A stretch of DNA of 64,000 nt from an uncultured Bacteroidales bacterium. Lineage in GTDB: Bacteria; Bacteroidota; Bacteroidia; Bacteroidales; UBA932. Below the pieces are notes generated by a model. The model did no database searches, was not told the origin of the DNA, and worked only from the letters and a program-made list of their open reading frames with translations. Positions 10,398 to 20,736 of the stretch are shown here, in pieces (position 1 is the stretch's first letter; every line of letters begins with the position of its first letter). A program made the position numbers and the translations under genes. The stretch is from assembly GCA_944323505.1 (NCBI GenBank), contig CALUST010000024.1:20755-84754 (forward strand). Reading direction: 5' to 3'.

Positions 10398-11897
10398 TTA
10401 ATTGATGTATTCTATCGTATCCGGCGTCACTTCGCAGGTATTCCCAGTGATTTCCGAGCCTCTGATACGCTTTAATATGGCGGCAGGTACAAATGAAGTA
10501 GTCATGCCAGGAACAAAAACGACAATTTCTTTTGCCGTATTTATTTCCACATCTTCCACCTGGACGGAAATCGGCATAGGTGTATATGCCAGGTTTTGTG
10601 ACTTATATACAGGTATTTCCGGAGCAGGACCGCCCATAACATGCTTCCATGTCGCCGACAGGTATTCCGAATCCGCTATGATATACGCAGGTGCTGTTAT
10701 CATGGCAAAACCGCTCGGCATGGCATCAATCTTCACCGTGAAAGTCACCGACTTGGTGATGCCGACATCCCCGCCGCTCCCCGGAGGTGTAAACAATGCG
10801 CGGATATCCACCGGATATTCCTGCTGAGAGGCATTGACTGTCACCTCCCGGGATTCATAACTGTCGTAATAATCCGTATTCCACTTAGGGACATAGACTA
10901 CATAGTCCTGCTCCCCTTCAGTGCAGAACACACCGAAGGACGCAGCACCGTTGTCCAGGACAGTCCTGGCCACATACGAGCCGGGCTCAGGATTGCCCTT
11001 GTCCTTCTCGACATGTTCCTTGACAGCAGGCCAGCCGTCTGCAGGGATGAGATAGACCTCCTTGTTGTGAAGAGGTGTCTCAGTATAAGGCTCTTCCGTG
11101 CCTTCGAGATATACGGCTGTGATGGTGATGAGTTTCGGCTGCTCCTTTTCAAAAGACACAGACACCTCAGGAGTGTCATAATCAATTGTCGCAGTTCTTT
11201 GCAGATAAGGCACGCCTTCTTCAGGCGCAATCAGATAGAAATGATATTCTCCCTCAGACGCAGGAGAATCGATTGTGAATCCTATGGAGCCTCCCTCCGG
11301 CACTCCACTTCCGAGATACAGGTCCTCGGGCACTTCCCCGCCGTCATCCAGCGACTGCCTGAATTTTTCATTCTTCGCGTCATCCGTGAAATAAAGGGTC
11401 TTGTCCGAATAGGACTGATCCACAGAGACAGTGATAACGGTCTTTCTTATGACATCCGGAACGACAGCATCAAGGTCGACGGATTTTGTGATCTCTCCGG
11501 CGACTACCTGATATTCAAGTTCATTCCCATGATGCGTAAGCAATTGCAAATCCCCCCCCTCTGTCTTTGAAAAGACATTGAAGAAGAGTACTGAACCATA
11601 CCAGTCCATCATGTCCCCGAAGGAGACTGAATTGCCGTCAAGCGGTGCGTTCAGAAGCAGATCGCCTTCCGAGACTGTCCGGCCCACGCCTTGCTCATCG
11701 AAAAGCGATTCATCGGTAGCCCCTACAAGCAGTCCGGTAAGACCGTCGGCATTCAGGACCTCGATGACGAGAGACGATGTCCTCTCACCCGGAGAGACTG
11801 TCTCCATATGGTACACATCTTCTGCAATATTGTCCGTACAGGACAGGACAGTTGCAGTGAGGCATACCAACCCGATAAAGACAAGTTTTAATTTCAT
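10398..11897 (-). CDS. Acidic lipoprotein of unknown function with about four degenerate ~110-120 aa beta-sandwich-like modules; first gene of the PUL
   Basis: Lipobox VLS|C followed by acidic TDNIAED; its stop abuts the susC start; internal recurring pattern visible by eye. Confidence 0.7.
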   Translation of the reverse strand: MKLKLVFIGLVCLTATVLSCTDNIAEDVYHMETVSPGERTSSLVIEVLNADGLTGLLVGATDESLFDEQGVGRTVSEGDLLLNAPLDGNSVSFGDMMDWYGSVLFFNVFSKTEGGDLQLLTHHGNELEYQVVAGEITKSVDLDAVVPDVIRKTVITVSVDQSYSDKTLYFTDDAKNEKFRQSLDDGGEVPEDLYLGSGVPEGGSIGFTIDSPASEGEYHFYLIAPEEGVPYLQRTATIDYDTPEVSVSFEKEQPKLITITAVYLEGTEEPYTETPLHNKEVYLIPADGWPAVKEHVEKDKGNPEPGSYVARTVLDNGAASFGVFCTEGEQDYVVYVPKWNTDYYDSYESREVTVNASQQEYPVDIRALFTPPGSGGDVGITKSVTFTVKIDAMPSGFAMITAPAYIIADSEYLSATWKHVMGGPAPEIPVYKSQNLAYTPMPISVQVEDVEINTAKEIVVFVPGMTTSFVPAAILKRIRGSEITGNTCEVTPDTIEYIN

Positions 11898-12033
11898 TAA
11901 TATTATGGGTTAGTTTACTAATTATAGATGATAGTCAGGAATTGAAAACTAAAAGATTTTTTAAAGGTTAATAAATACAGTTTAAATATTTCCCTATACT
12001 GGCGAATTTGGTTATTATTTTAGCATAATTTTA

Positions 12034-12066
12034 CAAATATAGAACATTATTTTAAATTATTGTCAA
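12034..12066 (-). promoter_or_regulatory. Putative sigma-A promoter of the PUL (-7 TATATTTG at 12041-12034; TTG about 21 nt upstream)
   Basis: TAnnTTTG match in the AT-rich divergent spacer, oriented toward the PUL. Confidence 0.55.
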
Positions 12067-12192
12067 TCTCTAAAAAATAATTTGACCATCGCAAACATCC
12101 CCTAAAAAGGATAAACATTAAAATATGTAAATCCGGCATTGAAAATCCGTGCGTTCTCACTATTTTTGTCCCCGTTGAAAACGGAGAATGAA

Positions 12193-13008
12193 ATGGAGAT
12201 TCTTATAACAAATGACGACGGGTACAGGGCTAAAGGCATCAAGGTACTTGCGGAGATGATGAAACAGTTCGGGAACATCACTGTCATAGCACCGAAACAT
12301 CACCAGTCAGGCATGTCGATGGCCGTCTCTCTCGGACTGAAGCCTGTGGCATACAAACGGCTTTCTGAAGAATGGTCCTATCTTGACGCCACACCTGCAA
12401 GCTGTGTGAAATACGGGCTCAATATCCCGTTCCTTGACAGATTCCCTGATGTCGTGGTCTCCGGCATCAACCACGGGTCCAACGCGTCTACCGCATCCTG
12501 CTATTCAGGCACTCTCGGAGCAGCTGCAGAGGCCGCCCTGAACGGGGTCCCTGCAATCGGGGTATCCCTTGACACAATCAATCCGGATGCGGACTTCTCC
12601 GCAGTCACAGAATTTTTCCCGGGCATATTCAGGATGATAATGGACAACCTGCCTGAGCGGAAAGGGATATACTACAACATCAATTTCCCCGACATCCCTG
12701 CAAGTCAGATAAAAGGGATAAAAGTCGGACATCAGGGCTACGGGAGATGGGTACGGGAATTCATGCCGTGGAATCCCGACGTATATGCAAAATACGGCAT
12801 TACCCCGGAGACACTCGGACAGAGCAGCAATCCTGAGATAGAAGACGGGGAGACATTGTATATGATGGTCGGCGACTATGTGGACGGAGAGGATAATGAC
12901 AGTTGCTCCGACCACTGGATCACGCGCGACGGGTACATATCCGTTGTCGCCCACAATATCGACACCACAGACAGGGAGGAAACTGCAAGGCTTGGGGGCA
13001 TCTTATGA
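12193..13008 (+). CDS. surE: 5'/3'-nucleotidase SurE
   Basis: ILITNDDG motif, SGMS, DATPASCV, VVSGINHG, YSGTLGAA; start moved to ATG 12193. Confidence 0.95.
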   Translation: MEILITNDDGYRAKGIKVLAEMMKQFGNITVIAPKHHQSGMSMAVSLGLKPVAYKRLSEEWSYLDATPASCVKYGLNIPFLDRFPDVVVSGINHGSNASTASCYSGTLGAAAEAALNGVPAIGVSLDTINPDADFSAVTEFFPGIFRMIMDNLPERKGIYYNINFPDIPASQIKGIKVGHQGYGRWVREFMPWNPDVYAKYGITPETLGQSSNPEIEDGETLYMMVGDYVDGEDNDSCSDHWITRDGYISVVAHNIDTTDREETARLGGIL

Positions 13009-14180
13009 AATACTATATCATAGCAGGAGAGGCATCAGGAGACCTTCATGGCTCGAACCTCATGAAAGGACTGTATCATGAAGACCCGCAGGCAACAATC
13101 CGGTTCTGGGGAGGAGACCTGATGGACAAGGTGTTCCGCGCGGAAGACAAGTCGGGAGACTGCGGAGGAGGACTCGTCCGGCACTACAAGGACGGGGCAA
13201 TCATGGGGTTCTGGGAGGTGTTCACCCATGCCGGGAAACTGCTCGGGAATGTCGGCTCATGCAAGAAAGACATCCTGGCATTCAATCCTGATGTCGTGAT
13301 ACTCATTGACTACCCCGGGTTCAACTTCAAGATTGCGGAATTCGCGCACAAGCACGGACTGAAGGTGTTCTACTATATCGCGCCCAAGGTATGGGCCTCC
13401 CGCGAAGGCAGGATACGGAAACTGAAAAGATACGTCGACAGACTGTTCATTGTGTTCCCGTTCGAGATTCCGTATTTCAAAGTCAAAGGCGTGGATTTCA
13501 TATACAAAGGCAACCCGTTGGTCGATGCAGTTGACGACTCCCCGGCGATGAAAGAGACGAGGCAAGACTTCCTCAGACGCAACAATCTGCAGGACAAGCC
13601 TATAATAGCCATGCTTGCAGGCTCTCGCAAGGCTGAGATAGCCACCATGATGCCTGTCCTGACGGAATTTGCCAGAAAGATGCACAGCCTGCCCAGGTAT
13701 TCGGATTGGCAGTTCCTCGTGGCAGGGGCACCGGCTCGGTCTCCTGAGGACTATACGCCATACCTGAGACCTGAGGACAGTTTCATAAAAGTGCTTTTCG
13801 GTGAGACGCAGCCTATAATCAGAAATGCCAATGCGGCAGTGGTCAACTCAGGCACAGCATCACTGGAGACGGTACTGTTCAATGTGCCGCAGGTGGTCGG
13901 ATATAAGGTGAATGCGATATCATACGCGATAGGCAGGATGATTATCAGAGTGCGGTTCATCAGCCTGGGGAATCTGTGCATAGACAGGCTGGCATTCAAG
14001 GAGTTCATACAGGATGAATGCAATGCTGACGCAATTCTTGACGAAGTGCTGGCTCTGATTGAGGACAAGGCTTACAGGCAGAGGATGCTCGATGACTATG
14101 CCGAGATTCGCAGTCTACTCGGTGGCAGCGGGGCTTCTGCAGCAACGGCAAAGGCCATGGTAGACCTGCTGAAAGGCTGA
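13005..14180 (+). CDS. lpxB: Lipid-A-disaccharide synthase
   Basis: MKYYIIAGEASGDLHG, IDYPGFN, YYIAPKVWA, GNPLVD, NSGTASLE; ATGA overlap with the surE stop. Confidence 0.95.
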   Translation: MKYYIIAGEASGDLHGSNLMKGLYHEDPQATIRFWGGDLMDKVFRAEDKSGDCGGGLVRHYKDGAIMGFWEVFTHAGKLLGNVGSCKKDILAFNPDVVILIDYPGFNFKIAEFAHKHGLKVFYYIAPKVWASREGRIRKLKRYVDRLFIVFPFEIPYFKVKGVDFIYKGNPLVDAVDDSPAMKETRQDFLRRNNLQDKPIIAMLAGSRKAEIATMMPVLTEFARKMHSLPRYSDWQFLVAGAPARSPEDYTPYLRPEDSFIKVLFGETQPIIRNANAAVVNSGTASLETVLFNVPQVVGYKVNAISYAIGRMIIRVRFISLGNLCIDRLAFKEFIQDECNADAILDEVLALIEDKAYRQRMLDDYAEIRSLLGGSGASAATAKAMVDLLKG

Positions 14181-14212
14181 GCGGACGGCAGCCGGTCCCG
14201 TGGGGGCGGAGT

Positions 14213-16198
14213 TCAGACCCTCTCCTTGATGATTCCTACCCTGTAGGCCTGGAGCAGTTTCTTCAGGTCCTCTATCTGGACCATGAGTTCCTTGCCCTTG
14301 TCCGTATCCTTGACAAGCATCCTCTGGCTGCTGAGTTCCACGAGTTGCGTCGTGGACTTGATGTCCTGTCCCTCCTCTATCGCTTTCTGCGTGGACGAGA
14401 AAGGCTCGTGCTGGACGAGCTGGAATCCCCGCGAGTGATATACGAGAGTGTACCCGGCAATCCCGGTCTCTGAATAATACGCCTTGGAGAAGCCTCCGTC
14501 TATGACCATCAGCTTGCCGTTTGCCCTCACAGGTTTCTCCCCCTTGGCAGCCTTTACAGGCACATGCCCGTTGATGATGTGGCGATGCTCACCTTCCACC
14601 CCGAACTCGTCAAGTATCCTGTCACAGATCTCCTCATTGTTGCGGAGGGTATAATATGCGCCTTTCTCCTCCTTGTGCATCTCCTTGTCCACAAGAAAAT
14701 ATCTCTCGAAAGTGGCCATCTTGCTTTTGTCGAAAGCCGGGGAATCCTTTCCGCACCACAGATACCACATATAATCAAGGGCAAAGGCTTTCTCCGGGAC
14801 AGTATTCTCCGCGAAATATGCAGTACGGACCAGCTGGCCTATCCTGTTGAGCAGATCCCTGCCCTTGTACCTCCTGCCGAGTATCTCTATCTCCTTGAGG
14901 CTTCCGTCGGGATTCAGAGGCATGGAAGCATGGAAAAGCAGATTCGAATTGCAGATGTTGTACATGCATCCGTACCGGAATATGCACTTGACATGTTTGC
15001 GCAACTTCTCGCTGCGGGTGAATGAGTCATGGAGTTTCGAGACCACAGACTCCTCCTCCGGAGTCAGGCGATAAGGGTCGGAAGGGTCGACAGTAGGGAA
15101 AAAGCAGGAACTCATCTCATATTCCCTGCCGTCAAGGACGAAAACTCCCCTCTTCTGGTCGATATGCTCGAGAAGCAGACGGTCCTCCATCCCGAATTCG
15201 GGTCTCCTCATGATTATCGCAGCCTCAAGTTTGAACTGTATCACACTGATTGCCTTATGCATCTGGGCAAGGAGACGCATCGTCTTCCCGTCGATATTGG
15301 TCCCTGCATCCTCGACCCTCGGTCCGAATGACGTGCATGGGTCATCAGCATAGGTCTCCATGGCGAATGTGGCAAGCGGAAGGAGGTTGATGCCGTATCC
15401 GTCTTCAAGGACGGAGTGGTTGGCATATCGCATTGCAAGCCTCAGGACGTTTGCCATGCTGGCATCATTACCTGCTGCAGCCCCCATCCAGAGAATATCG
15501 TGGTTTCCCCACTGTATGTCGAAATTGTGATAATTGCAGAGGATGTCGAGGATAATGTGCGGACCGGGACCTCTGTCGAAAATGTCACCGAGAATATGCA
15601 GGGAATCGATTGTAAGACGCTGGATGAGGTTGCACATCGTGATGATGAAATCATCCGCCCTCCATGTGTCTATGATGGTACTTATGATGACATTGATGTA
15701 GGCCTGCTTGTTCGGGTCGGCGCTGCTTTCATGCAGAAGTTCCTGGATGATGTACGAGAACTCCTCGGGAAGAGCCTTGCGGACCTTGGACCTGGTATAT
15801 TTTGAAGACACGTTCCTGCAGACCTGCACAAGCCTGTCAAGAGTCACCCTGTACCACGAGTCCATGTCCCGGGTCTTCTCCCTGACAAGCTGCAGTTTCT
15901 GCTCCGGGTAATAGATAAGGGTGCAGAGTTCCTTCTTCTCCTGCCAGGAAAGGGAATCCCCGAAAATCTCATTGACCTTGCGTTTGATTGCTCCGGAGGC
16001 ATTCCGCAGCACATGCTGAAATGCCTCATGCTCCCCGTGCAGATCAGCAAGGAAATGCTCGGTGCCTTTCGGAAGATTCAGTATCGCCTCAAGATTGATG
16101 ATCTCCGTGCTTGCAGAGGCGATGCTCGGGAAACGCAGGGACAGAAGTTCAAGATAACGCAGATCGCTCTTCAATACCTCATCTGGTATCCTTTCCAT
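14213..16198 (-). CDS. fbp: Fructose-1,6-bisphosphatase class 3
   Basis: LNLPKGTEHFLADLHGE, GDIFDRGPGP, QWGNHD, NGHVPVK, IDGGFSKAY. Confidence 0.95.
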   Translation of the reverse strand: MERIPDEVLKSDLRYLELLSLRFPSIASASTEIINLEAILNLPKGTEHFLADLHGEHEAFQHVLRNASGAIKRKVNEIFGDSLSWQEKKELCTLIYYPEQKLQLVREKTRDMDSWYRVTLDRLVQVCRNVSSKYTRSKVRKALPEEFSYIIQELLHESSADPNKQAYINVIISTIIDTWRADDFIITMCNLIQRLTIDSLHILGDIFDRGPGPHIILDILCNYHNFDIQWGNHDILWMGAAAGNDASMANVLRLAMRYANHSVLEDGYGINLLPLATFAMETYADDPCTSFGPRVEDAGTNIDGKTMRLLAQMHKAISVIQFKLEAAIIMRRPEFGMEDRLLLEHIDQKRGVFVLDGREYEMSSCFFPTVDPSDPYRLTPEEESVVSKLHDSFTRSEKLRKHVKCIFRYGCMYNICNSNLLFHASMPLNPDGSLKEIEILGRRYKGRDLLNRIGQLVRTAYFAENTVPEKAFALDYMWYLWCGKDSPAFDKSKMATFERYFLVDKEMHKEEKGAYYTLRNNEEICDRILDEFGVEGEHRHIINGHVPVKAAKGEKPVRANGKLMVIDGGFSKAYYSETGIAGYTLVYHSRGFQLVQHEPFSSTQKAIEEGQDIKSTTQLVELSSQRMLVKDTDKGKELMVQIEDLKKLLQAYRVGIIKERV

Positions 16199-16219
16199 AA
16201 GCCAAAAAGATTTATCCGG

Positions 16220-16930
16220 TTAAAAATAGACACGTTCGCCGAAAATGAGAGTCCCGATACGTACCATATCCGCCCCCATCTCAACGGCAATCCTGTAGTC
16301 ATGTGTCATCCCGAAAGACCGGGTATCAAAGTCCTTGAGCACATCCTTGTATATCCCACTTTCCTTGAGGGCGACAATCTCCTCGTAAAGAGACATGAGC
16401 CTGGCAAAATCATTCCGCACTACGGATTCGTCATCCGTGAATGTCGCCATGCCCATAAGACCTCTGATGCGGACGTGCGGGAAGTGACCCGTTGCAGCGT
16501 CACCTGTCAGAAGCGTGAGGATTTCCTCCCGGCTGAATCCCTGCTTGGTATCCTCGGAAGCGATATGATACTCCAGAAGGACCTGGACATCCTTTCCGTT
16601 GGCGGCACCCCAATGCTCGATGGCAGAGAGGAGGTGAAGAGAATCCACTGATTCCACCATAGACACATAAGGAAGCACCAGTTTGAGTTTGTTGGTCTGC
16701 AGATGGCCGATGAAATGCCACTCTACGTCAGAGAAATCCTCCTGCATGGACTGCAAGGCCTGTATCTTGGAATACAGTTCCTGGGGACGGCTCTCTCCGA
16801 AGACCCGCTGTCCGGCACCGTATGCCTCTATGACCGCTTCAACTGGATGGAACTTGGATACAGCGACAAGAGTCACCCCTGAGGGTAACTCTTCCCGTAA
16901 CTTTCTTATCGCATCTGAAATATGTGACAT
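16220..16930 (-). CDS. yggS: PLP homeostasis protein YggS
   Basis: LVAVSKFHP, FGESRPQE, WHFIGHLQTNK, GLMGMAT, VRIGTLIFG. Confidence 0.95.
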   Translation of the reverse strand: MSHISDAIRKLREELPSGVTLVAVSKFHPVEAVIEAYGAGQRVFGESRPQELYSKIQALQSMQEDFSDVEWHFIGHLQTNKLKLVLPYVSMVESVDSLHLLSAIEHWGAANGKDVQVLLEYHIASEDTKQGFSREEILTLLTGDAATGHFPHVRIRGLMGMATFTDDESVVRNDFARLMSLYEEIVALKESGIYKDVLKDFDTRSFGMTHDYRIAVEMGADMVRIGTLIFGERVYF

Positions 16931-16938
16931 GGCGGATG

Positions 16939-18813
16939 TTACCTGCGCCTCCTGGCCTGTTCCTTTGCCATCTGCTGCTGCATCTTCTGAGCCTCCTCAA
17001 GACGCTGCTGCCATTTGGACTTAGGCAGAGGCTTGCCTTCCGTGGCAGCCAGCTGGGCATGGATTTTCTCCGGCTTGACGACATACCTCCTCACGAACCA
17101 TGTCTGGAGCATGGTAATGAGGTTTGAAAGCAGGTAATAGTAACTGAGACCGCTGGAGAGGTTGTTACAGATGAAGAGCATCATTATCGGCATGAGCCAC
17201 ACACTCATGAACTTCATGCCCGCCATGCTCGGGTCGTTGGACATCTGCGAAGATGTCATCTTGGAGTAGATGAACATCGACACTGCCATAAGCAGGGCAA
17301 ACAACGACACGTGGTCTCCGTACAACGGAATATTGAACGGGAGATCCCAGATGGAATCATAGGCACTGAGGTCGTCAGCCCACAGGAAAGGCTGCTGTCT
17401 CAACTCTATGGATGCAGGGAAGAAACGGAACATGGCATAGAGAATCGGCAGCTGGAGCAGCATCGGGAGGCATCCTCCCATCGGGCTGACCCCTGCCCTC
17501 TTGTAGAGATCCATCATTGCCTGCTGTTTCTTGAGGGCATCCTCCTGTTTCGGATACTTCTCGTTCAGCTTGTCCATCTCTGGCTTGAGCACCGACATCT
17601 TCGCCGAAGACACATAGGACTTCATCGTGAGCGGAGAAAGCAGCAGTTTGATGAAGATGGTCAGCAGAAGTATGATGATGCCGAAATTGGCGATGAACTT
17701 GCCGAGGAAATTGAATGTAGGGATGATGACCCACCTGCTGACAAGCCCTATGACAGAACCTCCGAGCGGGATGATCCTCTCATAATGCTGGTCATAACTC
17801 TTCAATGTCCTGTAATGGTTAGGACCGAAATAGAACTCGAAAGGAACAGTCACACTCCCTCCGGCCATATTGAACTCCGACCTGAGGTCCGCATAGCAGA
17901 TCATCAGATTCTTGTCCGGGTCATCCTCTTCAAAGAACTTTATCCCGAACGATGCGGACGAGAAATCTTCACCAGCCCTCATTATGGCGGAGAAGAACTG
18001 CTGCTGGAACGCGAACCAGCTGACCTTGGAATCTACCCTCTCCTCTGCGCTTCTGCCTCCTCGACCTATCTGCTCGGGTTTCTTCTCTCCCGGATAGCAG
18101 AAATCAAGTTTGGAGTACTGCATCTCATTCCTGTAACCTTTCTCCAGACGCGGGATGACTACATTCCAGTCCATGTCGAACATGGACACGTTCCGCGGGA
18201 TGACATTTCCCATGTCAACGAACGAGAGGTCGTTCTCCATCATATAACTTCCCGGAAGAAGCGTGAATTTCTGCTCGATATATCCTCCTTTGGCAAAAGG
18301 GAGACGCATCACAAGTGTGGTGTCGGTCTTCTCTGCGACCTGGAAGACAAAATCCTTTGTATTGATATTCTCTCCCGCATAGAGAGTGATGCCGTACTGG
18401 CTCATGCCTGGCTTTATCAGATAAAGGTCAGTACTGTCATAAGTCTTGTAGTCCTTTACCATCACCGAATATGGCTGGGCTCCCTTGGTGTTGAAGACTA
18501 TCTCCACCTTGTCATTCGCGAGGGTGACGAAAGAGGCGGAATCCTCATGCGCCACATCCAGAAGACTGTCCTTGTAGATACGCTGATATCCGGTCGGCTG
18601 CCCGGCAGACCGGCCCGGCACCGGATATGCCACGGTGTCTTCCGGATGTTCTGCCCGCCACACGGAATCAGCATAAGCCTGCTCGGCTCTGGCAATCGAA
18701 TCCTGCTGTGCCTGATATTCTACCTGTTTCTTATATTGGTTGGACTGATACCATGAGAATCCGAAAAATATCACGAATATCAGCACAAATCCGATTACTG
18801 AATTCTTATTCAT
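16939..18813 (-). CDS. yidC: Membrane protein insertase YidC
   Basis: N-terminal TM and large periplasmic domain; NFGIIILLLTIFIK, GGCLPMLLQLPI, LSSGLSYYY. Confidence 0.95.
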   Translation of the reverse strand: MNKNSVIGFVLIFVIFFGFSWYQSNQYKKQVEYQAQQDSIARAEQAYADSVWRAEHPEDTVAYPVPGRSAGQPTGYQRIYKDSLLDVAHEDSASFVTLANDKVEIVFNTKGAQPYSVMVKDYKTYDSTDLYLIKPGMSQYGITLYAGENINTKDFVFQVAEKTDTTLVMRLPFAKGGYIEQKFTLLPGSYMMENDLSFVDMGNVIPRNVSMFDMDWNVVIPRLEKGYRNEMQYSKLDFCYPGEKKPEQIGRGGRSAEERVDSKVSWFAFQQQFFSAIMRAGEDFSSASFGIKFFEEDDPDKNLMICYADLRSEFNMAGGSVTVPFEFYFGPNHYRTLKSYDQHYERIIPLGGSVIGLVSRWVIIPTFNFLGKFIANFGIIILLLTIFIKLLLSPLTMKSYVSSAKMSVLKPEMDKLNEKYPKQEDALKKQQAMMDLYKRAGVSPMGGCLPMLLQLPILYAMFRFFPASIELRQQPFLWADDLSAYDSIWDLPFNIPLYGDHVSLFALLMAVSMFIYSKMTSSQMSNDPSMAGMKFMSVWLMPIMMLFICNNLSSGLSYYYLLSNLITMLQTWFVRRYVVKPEKIHAQLAATEGKPLPKSKWQQRLEEAQKMQQQMAKEQARRRR

Positions 18814-18839
18814 CTTGTCTTATCCGTCTATTGTAAATA

Positions 18840-20693
18840 CTATTCCTTGTCTGACTCGGCCGCATCCAAAGCCCTTATCTGCGCCTTGATGTCCTCCAGT
18901 TCCTTCTTGGCGAGTTCTATCCTCTCCTGCATCTGCCTGATCAGAGGCTCCGAATTCTTCGACATGGCAAAGAATCCTATATTGTTCTCATAAGTGACAA
19001 TATCCTGCTCCTTCTTGACATACTTCTGTACAAGACGCTCCCTCTCCGACTTTGGAGCATTTGCATATCTGGTCCTGCGGGCCTTTGAAGCCGACACATC
19101 CGGGAATTTCGCGTGCATTGCATCCTTGTAAGCCTTGGCGATATTGTCCTTCTCTTTGAACGGCACGAAACCTATGGCCTGCCACCTGTCCATGAAAGAA
19201 GTCATGGCCTCCATGTTCTCAGAATCATCAGACGACGGCTGGTATGCGTTGATTTCCTCTATGAGGCGTTGTTTAGCCTTCAGATTGCCGTAGAAATCAT
19301 TCTCCGGCTTGACATTCTTGTCCCGTTCATTGAAAAACTCGTCACATGCGGCACGGAATCTCTTCCACAACTGCTCGGACTTCTTGCGCGGCACAGCCCC
19401 TATCTCCTTCCATTGTTTCTGGAGATTGATGAACTGGTCAGTTGCCTTTTTCCATTCAGTGCTTGCCTTGAGCGACTCGGCCGCCTCGCAGAGTGCAATC
19501 TTCTTCTGGAGATTGGCGTTCATATTCTCCTTGTAGCCGTTATAGAACTCGCGCTTGCGGTTGAAGAACTTGTCGCATGCGGCACGGAATCTGTCGTATA
19601 TCTTCTGGTTGTCCTTCCTGGTGGCAAACCCTATCTGTCTCCACTGCTTCTGTATCTCCTCTATCTCCTTTGAGAGGATGTTCCACTCGTTGGATGCGGT
19701 TATTTCCTTGTCAGCAATAGCCTCGACCTGCTCGCACAGCCTGGTCTTGGCGGCAAGATTCTCGACCTGCTGCTCCTTCATCCCCTCGAAGAAAGCCTGA
19801 TATTTCTTGTTGATTACAGCTGTCGCAGCCTTGAACCTGTTCCAGATGTCCTCGCGGTACTGCTTGGCCACAGGCCCGTACTCCTTCCACTGCTCATGAA
19901 GTTTCTGCAATTCCTTGAAAGCCTCCACGATATTCTCGTTCTCGGCAAGTTTCTCGGCCATCTCGCAGAATTTCTCCTTCACCTCAAGATTCTTCTTGAA
20001 ATCAAGATCCCTCAACTCGCGGTTGATCTTGACCATGTCGTAGAACTGCTCCACATACAACTGATATGTGTCATTGACATTCCTGTAGTTCTGCACCGGG
20101 ACAGGGCCTATCGCACGCCACCTGTTCTGTATCTCCCTGAATGCAGGGAATGTGGCGTTCACATCCTCCTGTTTCTCAAGCAATGCCTTCAGGTCTTCGA
20201 TGACTTCCTGCTTGAGAGCCAGGTTGTGCTCCCTCTCCTTCTCCTGCTCCCTGTTGTACTCCGCGCGTTCCTTCTTGTATCTGTTATACAGTTCCTTGAA
20301 ACCTCTCTCTATCTCCTCGAACGGATTCTCCGATACCGGGGCATCGGCATCTGCCACTGCAGCCTCTGCGACAGCAGCCTGGGCATCCTCCCCGTCTTCA
20401 GGAAGACGGTTGTCCGGCTCCTTGACATCCGCGGCAAGACCGGCATCAGCCTTGTCCTTCAGCAACTTTTTATAGAAAGCCGACTTTATGGACTCTGCCT
20501 CCTTGGACCTCTTCATCCTGTCATCCTTCTTCGTCAGTTCTTCAAAAAGACCGGCAAGTTCCGCGAGACTTTTTCCGGAGAGATCCGGCAAGGTCTCAGT
20601 CCTCTCCTCTTCAACGACAGTCAGGACTGGAGTTTCTTCATTCTCTGATACATTTGATGTCACCGGGACTTCAGGAATCATCTCTTCACTCAT
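18840..20693 (-). CDS. DUF349 domain coiled-coil protein
   Basis: Repeated LQ..W..IG.V....W.RF..ACD.FF units typical of Bacteroidetes DUF349 proteins. Confidence 0.85.
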   Translation of the reverse strand: MSEEMIPEVPVTSNVSENEETPVLTVVEEERTETLPDLSGKSLAELAGLFEELTKKDDRMKRSKEAESIKSAFYKKLLKDKADAGLAADVKEPDNRLPEDGEDAQAAVAEAAVADADAPVSENPFEEIERGFKELYNRYKKERAEYNREQEKEREHNLALKQEVIEDLKALLEKQEDVNATFPAFREIQNRWRAIGPVPVQNYRNVNDTYQLYVEQFYDMVKINRELRDLDFKKNLEVKEKFCEMAEKLAENENIVEAFKELQKLHEQWKEYGPVAKQYREDIWNRFKAATAVINKKYQAFFEGMKEQQVENLAAKTRLCEQVEAIADKEITASNEWNILSKEIEEIQKQWRQIGFATRKDNQKIYDRFRAACDKFFNRKREFYNGYKENMNANLQKKIALCEAAESLKASTEWKKATDQFINLQKQWKEIGAVPRKKSEQLWKRFRAACDEFFNERDKNVKPENDFYGNLKAKQRLIEEINAYQPSSDDSENMEAMTSFMDRWQAIGFVPFKEKDNIAKAYKDAMHAKFPDVSASKARRTRYANAPKSERERLVQKYVKKEQDIVTYENNIGFFAMSKNSEPLIRQMQERIELAKKELEDIKAQIRALDAAESDKE

Positions 20694-20736
20694 GGTAAAT
20701 GGAGTCTAATTATGTTTCTAAAAAAGTTACAGCCTG

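Noticed and set aside
11898-12138. Invertible (phase-variable) promoter for the PUL
   Set aside because: Only short AT-rich inverted matches of 8 nt or less, which do not flank the -7 box; no recombinase nearby.
12139-13004. N-terminal extensions in the ORF track (surE, lpxB; likewise pyrG, nusB, vorB, the beta subunit, DHS-like)
   Set aside because: They run through promoters or upstream genes; family homology starts at the downstream ATG.
17311-18756. 481-aa plus-strand ORF and other long antisense ORFs (e.g. 10641..11570, 19896..20648, 22960..23823, 27500..28294, 61854..62765)
   Set aside because: Shadow frames opposite well-supported genes, expected with high GC3; no recognisable motifs.
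18840-20693. Internal repeats in DUF349 as a diversity-generating or repeat system
   Set aside because: Ordinary degenerate protein-level domain repeats; no nucleotide-level template/variable repeat and no reverse transcriptase.
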